Assembly (NCBI GenBank): GCA_041548245.1
Contig: JBFESZ010000031.1
Location: forward strand, 1-20,131
Origin: Sulfurimonadaceae bacterium
Lineage (GTDB): Bacteria; Campylobacterota; Campylobacteria; Campylobacterales; Sulfurimonadaceae
Length of the DNA: 20,131 nt
Direction of reading: 5' to 3'
Both the position numbers and the translations under genes were made by a program. Numbering within the stretch: position 1 is the stretch's first letter; the number at the start of each line of letters is the position of its first letter. Shown here in pieces: positions 1 to 6,703 of this stretch. Below the pieces are notes generated by a model, which was given only the letters and a program-made list of their open reading frames with translations, had not been told where the DNA came from and ran no database searches.

Positions 1-1670
1 TCAAGCCGGCCCTTGCCAGAGGGACATTGCGCTGTGTGGGCGCCACCACGCTGAATGAATACCGGAAGTACATTGAAAAAGACGCGGCCCTGGAAAGGCG
101 CTTTCAACCGGTTTTGGTCAAAGAGCCGTCTGTTGCAGATACAATTTCGATTTTGCGGGGACTCAAAGAAAAATACGAGGTACACCATGGCGTCCGGATT
201 AAGGATTCGGCCATCGTTGCGGCGGCAACCCTTTCCAACCGCTATATTGCAGACCGTTTTTTACCGGACAAGGCGATTGACCTTATTGATGAGGCTGCTG
301 CTGAGCTGAAGATGCAGATCGAGTCTGAACCACATGTACTTTCAAGTGTGAAACGGATTATCTCGGAGCTTCAGGTCGAAAAAGAGGCTTTGAAGATGGA
401 AGAGAGTGCAAGCAATGAAAAGCGTCTTGTGGAGGTTGAAAAAGAGTTGGCAGATGCCCAGGAGAAACAGCGCTCACTTGAAGCACAGTTTGAAAACGAG
501 AAAGCTGTTTTTGACAAGATATCTCACATCAAGAATGAGGTTGAGGTCAAAAAACGAGAAGCTGAACAGGCCAAGCAGAGCGGCGAGTTCAACAAGGCAG
601 CGGAGATCGAGTATGGGGATATTCCGAAACTAAAAGAGCAAGAGCTCGCTCAGCAGGATATATGGACGAAGATGCAGGCAGAAGGGACACTGTTACGAAA
701 CAGTGTTGATGAGAACGCCATCGCGTCTATTGTAAGCAAATGGACGAAGATCCCTGTGACGAAGATGCTTCAGGGAGAAAAAGAGAAAATCTTGCATATT
801 CAAGATGAATTGGATAAAGAGGTCATAGGTCAAGAAAAAGCCACGTTTGCGATATCGCGTGCGATCAAGCGAAATAAAGCAGGACTTTCCGATAAGGATA
901 GACCGATCGGTTCGTTTTTGTTCCTTGGTCCGACAGGTGTGGGTAAGACACAAACAGCTAAGACTTTGGCCAAGTTCCTGTTTGATTCTGAAGAAGCGAT
1001 GGTCAGGATCGATATGAGTGAATATATGGAGAAACATGCCGTATCACGTCTTGTCGGAGCACCTCCGGGGTATGTGGGATATGATGAAGGCGGACAGCTT
1101 ACGGAAGCCGTCCGTCGCAAGCCATATTCTGTCATTTTACTTGATGAGATCGAAAAAGCGCATCCAGATGTCTTTAATATTTTACTTCAAGTCCTTGATG
1201 ATGGGCGTTTGACTGATAATAAGGGAGTTGTGGTTGACTTTACCAATACCATCATTATTCTTACCTCGAACATTGCATCAGACAAGATCATGGACGGGGC
1301 CGGCGATGATGTGGTTCTTGGTGAGTTGAAACAACATTTTAAACCCGAGTTCTTAAACCGTCTGGATGATATAGTCGTCTTTAATCCGTTGGGGCTTGAG
1401 CAGATTAAGGGAATTGTGACATTGTTCTTCAGTGAGATACAGCAGAAGGTCAAAGAGAGAAATATCACCCTAAACCTTAGCGATGAAGCTTCCTCCTTGA
1501 TCGCAGCATCAGGGTTTGATCCTGTGTATGGTGCAAGACCGTTGAAACGTGCCCTGTATGAGATGGTTGAAGACAAGTTGGCTGATCTTATTCTCTCCGG
1601 AGAGGTAGATGAGGGTTCAGTCGTTGATTTCAATGCTCAAGATGATGAGTTCGTTGTGAGGGTTCATTAG
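1..1670 (+). CDS. clpB: ATP-dependent chaperone ClpB (5'-truncated by the window edge)
   Basis: The frame is open from position 3 ([16 protein letters not shown]). It contains [14 protein letters not shown], a long coiled-coil M domain, second Walker [43 protein letters not shown], Walker [10 protein letters not shown] and GARPLKR. Confidence 0.97.
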   Translation, partial: KPALARGTLRCVGATTLNEYRKYIEKDAALERRFQPVLVKEPSVADTISILRGLKEKYEVHHGVRIKDSAIVAAATLSNRYIADRFLPDKAIDLIDEAAAELKMQIESEPHVLSSVKRIISELQVEKEALKMEESASNEKRLVEVEKELADAQEKQRSLEAQFENEKAVFDKISHIKNEVEVKKREAEQAKQSGEFNKAAEIEYGDIPKLKEQELAQQDIWTKMQAEGTLLRNSVDENAIASIVSKWTKIPVTKMLQGEKEKILHIQDELDKEVIGQEKATFAISRAIKRNKAGLSDKDRPIGSFLFLGPTGVGKTQTAKTLAKFLFDSEEAMVRIDMSEYMEKHAVSRLVGAPPGYVGYDEGGQLTEAVRRKPYSVILLDEIEKAHPDVFNILLQVLDDGRLTDNKGVVVDFTNTIIILTSNIASDKIMDGAGDDVVLGELKQHFKPEFLNRLDDIVVFNPLGLEQIKGIVTLFFSEIQQKVKERNITLNLSDEASSLIAASGFDPVYGARPLKRALYEMVEDKLADLILSGEVDEGSVVDFNAQDDEFVVRVH

Positions 1671-1677
1671 ATTAGTT

Positions 1678-1683
1678 TATAAT
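1678..1683 (+). promoter_or_regulatory. Candidate sigma70 -10 box (TATAAT) 7 nt upstream of the cytochrome ATG
   Basis: TATAAT-tagtgcc-ATG, with no Shine-Dalgarno sequence. Confidence 0.5.
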
Positions 1684-1690
1684 TAGTGCC

Positions 1691-2038
1691 ATGAAAACGG
1701 TAATATTTTTATGGGGTCTTACGATGGCTTTTTTTGCGTGTACTGGCGACTGCCTTACCTGCCATCCGAATTTGGCCACTACAATCAAAGAGGATAAACG
1801 TCATAAACCTATGATGACCTGTATCAACTGCCACTCCGCCGATCCCAACAGCATGGCTGATTGCGGCAGTGACTGTTTTGCCTGTCATCCTATGTCCAAG
1901 ATCAATGGACTGGGCATTAAAGAACATGAGGTGATACAGGGATGCAGGGACTGTCATGTGGCCTTAAAGCAGGAACTTTATGGTATCTCTGAGAAAGGCC
2001 AATCTACTCTAAAAGAGACGCTTTTTAACCCGGATTAG
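1691..2038 (+). CDS. Small exported tetraheme c-type cytochrome
   Basis: N-terminal signal peptide and four CxxCH motifs (CLTCH, CINCH, CFACH, CRDCH) in 115 aa. Confidence 0.85.
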   Translation: MKTVIFLWGLTMAFFACTGDCLTCHPNLATTIKEDKRHKPMMTCINCHSADPNSMADCGSDCFACHPMSKINGLGIKEHEVIQGCRDCHVALKQELYGISEKGQSTLKETLFNPD

Positions 2039-2042
2039 AGCC

Positions 2043-2573
2043 TTATGCGTAATAAGGCTCTTCAGCCTTATCAAGCTGTTTAAACATCTGTTCTAAAAAC
2101 CGTTGTGCATGTGAAAGTATGGTCTCTGTTTGTTCAAGCGGCTTGAACTCTTTATCCAAGGCCTTGTCCATACCCTTTACAAGTCCACTCTTTGTGAAAT
2201 TCAAAAGGTTTTGGTTATTTGCTTCTCTGACGGGTCTGAATATCTGCGTAATATCTTGTGTCAGCTGATTGATAGGCTGAATTAAAGAGGAGCCATCATT
2301 TAATCCTGCTACAAAGTTGTCAATACTTGGTTGTGCTACTTTTAAAAATGCTTCAATCTCTTTTTTGTCCTGAGCATCAATGCCGTTGCCTTCATAGTGA
2401 AATGAAAAAGATTCCATGGAAGAAAAGGAAAAAGATTTTTGGTGATCACTTGCGCTGTATTGTAAAGACTTCTCATTATTGAAGTCGAGTTCAATGATAT
2501 CCCCGCTGCTTGTTCTGATGTCGATAGACAGTACATGTTGTGAATAAGTGGCTAGGGCGTTGGTTACATTCAT
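2043..2573 (-). CDS. Conserved Campylobacterota hypothetical protein, probably in the flagellar (sigma28) regulon
   Basis: 176-aa ORF. Motifs RTSSGDIIEL and FHYEGNGIDAQDKKEIE resemble, from recall, a Campylobacterota family often mislabelled 'ATP/GTP-binding protein'; no P-loop is present. A sigma28 promoter lies upstream. Confidence 0.7.
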   Translation of the reverse strand: MNVTNALATYSQHVLSIDIRTSSGDIIELDFNNEKSLQYSASDHQKSFSFSSMESFSFHYEGNGIDAQDKKEIEAFLKVAQPSIDNFVAGLNDGSSLIQPINQLTQDITQIFRPVREANNQNLLNFTKSGLVKGMDKALDKEFKPLEQTETILSHAQRFLEQMFKQLDKAEEPYYA

Positions 2574-2603
2574 GGTCAGCTCTTTGCTATATAGATAAAT
2601 ACA

Positions 2604-2630
2604 ATATCGGCTGATCTGGCTGAATATTTA
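2604..2630 (-). promoter_or_regulatory. Sigma28 (FliA) promoter
   Basis: The minus strand reads TAAA-tattcagccagatca (15 nt)-GCCGATAT against the consensus TAAA-N15-GCCGATAA, about 30 nt upstream of the ATG at 2573. Confidence 0.8.
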
Positions 2631-2993
2631 CAGGTGTGTTTTAAAAGCGTCGTGTTGAAGCTGTTGTAGATCCTCATGAGAGATCTGTTTGATCTGTGTC
2701 GGAATCATCTCTTGTGTGACGGATATACCGGAAGGGAGAAGTTTTCCATCTTTTACCAAGGCATATTCATATCTTCGGCTCTCTTTGTTGTACAGGCAGA
2801 TATAGCCATTGGCAAGTTCGATATAGTTAAAGAACTCTTCACCCCGTACTATCCCTTTGAAGCTGGACCCATCAGCTTGTCTGAAGGTTTTGAAATTTTC
2901 CTGCTGCATTGTTTTTGTCCCGAAAGCCGTTGAGTTGTTTTGTTCTGCTATAAGGCTTGAAAGTAGAAAAGCAGTGATTAAAAGTATTCTCAT
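2628..2993 (-). CDS. Exported protein resembling the N-terminal region of M6-family (immune inhibitor A-like) metalloproteases, without a catalytic domain
   Basis: AAGGAG RBS, signal peptide, and the pattern FRQADGSSF..RGEEFF..GY..YEYA..LLPSG. No HExxH. Confidence 0.6.
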   Translation of the reverse strand: MRILLITAFLLSSLIAEQNNSTAFGTKTMQQENFKTFRQADGSSFKGIVRGEEFFNYIELANGYICLYNKESRRYEYALVKDGKLLPSGISVTQEMIPTQIKQISHEDLQQLQHDAFKTHL

Positions 2994-3073
2994 AGTAATC
3001 TCCTTAATCTATATGCAATCGTATCATTTCAAATTAAATAAGCAGTAAACATCCTAAGGAAGTCTTGTTCCGT

Positions 3074-3096
3074 AAGAAACAGCAGAAAAACTGCTG
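3074..3096 (-). terminator. Probable intrinsic terminator after the EI24-domain gene
   Basis: Minus strand CAGCAG-TTTTT-CTGCTG followed by TTTCTT, immediately after the stop at 3098. Confidence 0.55.
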
Positions 3097-3097
3097 A

Positions 3098-3961
3098 TTA
3101 TTTGTCTGTTATCATGCGCATTTCTATGCTTTCATTGATAAAGATATGACTCAGGTAGATGACAAAAAGCAGGGGAAAAAGTATTCCCACAAAAGGTATG
3201 AGTGTCAAGAGGTACATCAAAAGTGTTCGAATACGGACCTGATTGCCGACAATGGCCTTTATTCGAAAGAATTCCTCTTTGGTATTGATGGTCGAGCCGA
3301 CATCAAAGACAAGCATCTTATGAAAGAAATAATAAGCAGGTATATTAAAGGCGATGATATTTAAAACAGGGATGAAATAAAAAGGAATCAAGACAATATA
3401 CAAAAGAATCATAATCAAAAAAGATTTTAAGCCGTGCCAGATAACATAGACAAGACTACCGTGCCCTTTGATATGAAAAGGGGGATAGTGGCGAGATTTG
3501 AGTTTTTTTACGACAAGCGGCGTGAAAAAACCGACAATGGTCACTGCGATGATAACGGCAAAGATCAGTATGAAATAACTGGCGACCAAGAAGATAACCT
3601 TTTCGATTATCCAGCGTAGGATATCGTTTTGCAGCATGCTCTCAAGGATATCAGAGCTTTGAATCGATTCAATAAGGGCTATCGGGTTGATGTCGAACAA
3701 GGAGGAAGCTTCTGTAGCATTGTCATCATAGGTAATACTTATAGAGCTTTGTGAACGGGTCTGTGTAGGTGTGGAGTATTCTGTTGTAGTCTTTTCGATG
3801 CTGACAGCGTTCATCTTGTTGTTTAAAACCTCTATACCGTAGAACAAGGAGGTGAAAAGAATAGCCAAGGTGATAAGAAGAGGCAGAAGAGCCAAGCCTA
3901 GAAAATAAGGGGTGAAAAAATCTTTTAAGGAAAGCTTGAAGAGGTTTCTTCTTTTCATCAT
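3098..3961 (-). CDS. EI24/CysZ-like integral membrane protein
   Basis: Hydrophobic helices with IVGFFTPLVVKKLKSRHY, PFYFIPVLNIIA and YYFFHKMLVFDVGS. The ATG at 3961 is preceded by GGAG, so it is preferred over the TTG at 3967. Confidence 0.8.
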   Translation of the reverse strand: MMKRRNLFKLSLKDFFTPYFLGLALLPLLITLAILFTSLFYGIEVLNNKMNAVSIEKTTTEYSTPTQTRSQSSISITYDDNATEASSLFDINPIALIESIQSSDILESMLQNDILRWIIEKVIFLVASYFILIFAVIIAVTIVGFFTPLVVKKLKSRHYPPFHIKGHGSLVYVIWHGLKSFLIMILLYIVLIPFYFIPVLNIIAFNIPAYYFFHKMLVFDVGSTINTKEEFFRIKAIVGNQVRIRTLLMYLLTLIPFVGILFPLLFVIYLSHIFINESIEMRMITDK

Positions 3962-3988
3962 GTTCAACTCCGTTTAATCTGTTGATAG

Positions 3989-3994
3989 ATTATA
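3989..3994 (-). promoter_or_regulatory. Candidate -10 box for the EI24 gene
   Basis: gcTATAAT on the minus strand in the short intergenic gap, upstream of the GGAG RBS. Confidence 0.5.
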
Positions 3995-3995
3995 G

Positions 3996-5228
3996 CTATT
4001 TCATTGTTAAAGCTCTTAAAGCCAAAGCCGTCGCATTGGCACGGCCGTACCAGTTGAAATTAAAAAGACCAAAGGCTTCTCCGCCAAAGAGAGAATGCTT
4101 TGAGGGAAGATAAGCATACTCTTCTCTTTGCACAATGCCTTTTTTTAGCTCATTTTCCAAAGAAGCGATCAGACGCCTCAGAAAATAGCCTCTTTCATTT
4201 TCAGTTTTAAGGCTTTTTAGGATGATAATGTACTCAGCCATTTCGGTGAAGTAGTTCAGTCCGGGGTGTTCCAAAAGATAACGTGCCCGTTGCTTCGCTC
4301 GCGCAAGAATAAGTTTCTTATCCTCTTCCAGGCAAAAGGTGTCGGCTGTATAAGCTTTGGCATAGGCAAGGTAGAAGTGCGAAGGGCGAGTATACCAAGT
4401 GGCACATCTATCCTCTTTATTCAACTGGATGATCTCATGTATTAGACGGCAGGAAGCCTCTTTCGCTTTTCTTGTTGGTAAAGGCAGTGTTGCGAGGTTG
4501 TTCTCATATAAAGAGAGGGCAGTGAGGATGTTCAGGTTGACAACACAATCAACATCGTTGATGAGATCCATAATTCGGTTGATCGGTTTAGCCGGAGCCT
4601 CCTCTTCTGCCCAAGTCATGAAGGCACCGCTGTTTGGTTCTTTCCATTGCAGGTTTAAGGGGTGCTCAACTGAACGGTTCAGGTCGGTGAAGTGGCTAAG
4701 GGTATGGACAAAGCCATCAAGAAATGTTTTGTCCTGATGATCAAGATATAACCAGACAAAAGCCTGTGAAGAGGTATCGAAGTCGTTACCGACATTGAGA
4801 ATACGCATGGACGTGTTATACCATTTGGTATCGAAGCTTCGTATCCAATTTCCCTCATCATCTTGCAGCAAAGGCCAAAAAGCGATAGTACCCTTGGGTT
4901 CACTTGTCTGTTGAGCGTCCTTGATATAATTGCTGATCTGTCTGTTAGCCGAGGAGAAGAGATTCTGTATAGAGGGGAGATCATATTCCTGATTGACCTC
5001 ATGCAAGAGGATAAGGGTTTGCAGGGTCATGAAAGCATTGGACTCGGGTATCTCTTTACGTGCACCGTCATACATGGGATAGCTTGGCCATGTACCCAGA
5101 TATCTCTCTATAGGGTGTTCGGCTATTTGATTCTTCTGTATGTAGGCATAAAGTTTGGCTTCAAGAGGAGGAAGGCTTTGAGCGGCCCATAGATTCAGGC
5201 CGATTAAAACAAGTATAAAGAGACGCAC
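3996..5228 (-). CDS. Exported alpha/alpha-toroid protein, terpene cyclase/prenyltransferase-like (function unknown)
   Basis: GTG start overlapping the yceI TAG. Signal peptide; motifs GTWPS, IAFWP, NDFDTS, GAFMTW, NDVDCVVNLNIL and a C-terminal WYGRANATALALRAL. The ORF is solid; the fold is inferred. Confidence 0.55.
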   Translation of the reverse strand: MRLFILVLIGLNLWAAQSLPPLEAKLYAYIQKNQIAEHPIERYLGTWPSYPMYDGARKEIPESNAFMTLQTLILLHEVNQEYDLPSIQNLFSSANRQISNYIKDAQQTSEPKGTIAFWPLLQDDEGNWIRSFDTKWYNTSMRILNVGNDFDTSSQAFVWLYLDHQDKTFLDGFVHTLSHFTDLNRSVEHPLNLQWKEPNSGAFMTWAEEEAPAKPINRIMDLINDVDCVVNLNILTALSLYENNLATLPLPTRKAKEASCRLIHEIIQLNKEDRCATWYTRPSHFYLAYAKAYTADTFCLEEDKKLILARAKQRARYLLEHPGLNYFTEMAEYIIILKSLKTENERGYFLRRLIASLENELKKGIVQREEYAYLPSKHSLFGGEAFGLFNFNWYGRANATALALRALTMK

Positions 5229-5764
5229 TATCTGAGTAGTACTGCTTTGGCGAAGATGTCGACATTATCCTCTACACACAAGGCAAAAACAAGCAGACAC
5301 GGTGCTTCCACATTATAGTCGCTTAATAGGATCTTGGATACGGCACTGATCGTTACCGTATCCTCCTGAAGCAAGATCTCCGCATCAAAGTCAAGCTCCT
5401 TTTTAACACCATGAAAATCAAGCATGCCATTGAGGGTATAAGCGTTTGTCTCTTTTGCTTTATGGATACCGGTGATCGTATAAGATGCGAGTGGAAACTT
5501 TTCTGCTTCGGTCGTCTCGTGCATGTTCTCATCACGATCACTGTTGTCACTCATGAAGAGACTCAGCTCAACAGAGAGTTCACCTGTGATACTGGTGATA
5601 TCATCACCCGAAATGTTTAAATTGGCATGCAGGCTATGATTGAGCGGATCGATCGTACTGTCACCAAGGACTTCAGTATGTGCGGCTACGAAACCCTCTT
5701 TGAGTTCTAGGTTCCCTGCAAAGAGCGAAAAGCTCAAGAGTAAGAGAAGTGAAAATGTTTTCAT
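5228..5764 (-). CDS. yceI: YceI-family (polyisoprenoid/lipid-binding beta-barrel) periplasmic protein
   Basis: Signal peptide; SDNSDRDENMH, AEKFPLASY, LNGMLDFHGVKKEL and LLSDYNV match the YceI signature; AAGGA RBS. Confidence 0.9.
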   Translation of the reverse strand: MKTFSLLLLLSFSLFAGNLELKEGFVAAHTEVLGDSTIDPLNHSLHANLNISGDDITSITGELSVELSLFMSDNSDRDENMHETTEAEKFPLASYTITGIHKAKETNAYTLNGMLDFHGVKKELDFDAEILLQEDTVTISAVSKILLSDYNVEAPCLLVFALCVEDNVDIFAKAVLLR

Positions 5765-5782
5765 GGATCATCCTTTGAATAA

Positions 5783-5791
5783 ATTATAGCA
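5783..5791 (-). promoter_or_regulatory. Extended -10 promoter (TGcTATAAT) for yceI
   Basis: Minus strand TGCTATAAT-ttattca-AAGGA-tgatcc-ATG. Confidence 0.6.
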
Positions 5792-5794
5792 CGT

Positions 5795-6703
5795 TTAATG
5801 CAAACTTTTTGACAAGGCGATAGCAAGGCCGAGACCGGACGCTATCCATGCAATAAAGACCATCAGTTGCGAAAGTTTTAAGAGGCTTGTCTCTTTGCTT
5901 AAGGTCATAAACACGATGACATTATAATAAGAGATCGTAAAAGGATATATGACGGACAAAGCCAGTTTCCATTCAAAGTAGGAAAATATATAGCTTGCTA
6001 TAAAAAGTAGGGCAATCAAGAGATGTTGTCTGTTCTCACTGATCTTGACAAATGAAGCACCCAAAAGACCAAGAAGGTGAAAGGCGATGATGGTGTAAGT
6101 GTTCTCACTCCAGATGTGTAGTCCTTGATGGCGGGAAAGGGTCTCAAAAAGATTGGAATCAAGCATGATCCACAGCATCAACGGAACATAAGAGATTAAA
6201 GGGCTTTCTTTTTTAGGGTCATCATGTCCGACCTTATATTTACGCAGTAAGATGGCACTGCTGAGTGCCGCTGTTGAAAAGACAACCGCCATCCATTCTC
6301 TATGATCGGCCAAAGAGGTAAAGGCGTATGTTCCTATGGTATAGGCAATGGCCAAAGCAGAGAGAAGTTCGTAATGCTGATGCTCTTTAAAAAGGTAGAT
6401 ACCCAAAGGAGCCATTAATCCGACGGATATCCCAAAGAGTAACAGAGTGAATGGGTTATAGTCCGGATATAAAAAAGAGAGCAGCAGTTGCATGCTTAAT
6501 GCGATGATGATCTTGTGGACAGGGTTGGTGATTTTCCCCCATCTATAACCGCTTAAAAGAGTCCCAAGAATACCTCCGGCAAAGAGTGGGGAAAGTGTTA
6601 CTAGATCTGAATGATAATGCTCCGCAATACCCGTCTGGATGATCAGAAGGTAAAAACTGAGTTCGAACCCAAGCAGTACTACTAGTGCAAACGAGTGAAT
6701 CAT
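5795..6703 (-). CDS. Compact MFS-like integral membrane protein (about 11 TM)
   Basis: 302 aa, almost entirely hydrophobic segments in two halves joined by a charged linker (RKYKVGHDDPKKES). ATGA overlap with the upstream gene. Confidence 0.6.
   Translation of the reverse strand: MIHSFALVVLLGFELSFYLLIIQTGIAEHYHSDLVTLSPLFAGGILGTLLSGYRWGKITNPVHKIIIALSMQLLLSFLYPDYNPFTLLLFGISVGLMAPLGIYLFKEHQHYELLSALAIAYTIGTYAFTSLADHREWMAVVFSTAALSSAILLRKYKVGHDDPKKESPLISYVPLMLWIMLDSNLFETLSRHQGLHIWSENTYTIIAFHLLGLLGASFVKISENRQHLLIALLFIASYIFSYFEWKLALSVIYPFTISYYNVIVFMTLSKETSLLKLSQLMVFIAWIASGLGLAIALSKSLH

Noticed and set aside
3700-3810. Ser/Thr-rich insert in the EI24-like protein
   Set aside because: Looks like a variable low-complexity loop with no repeat structure.
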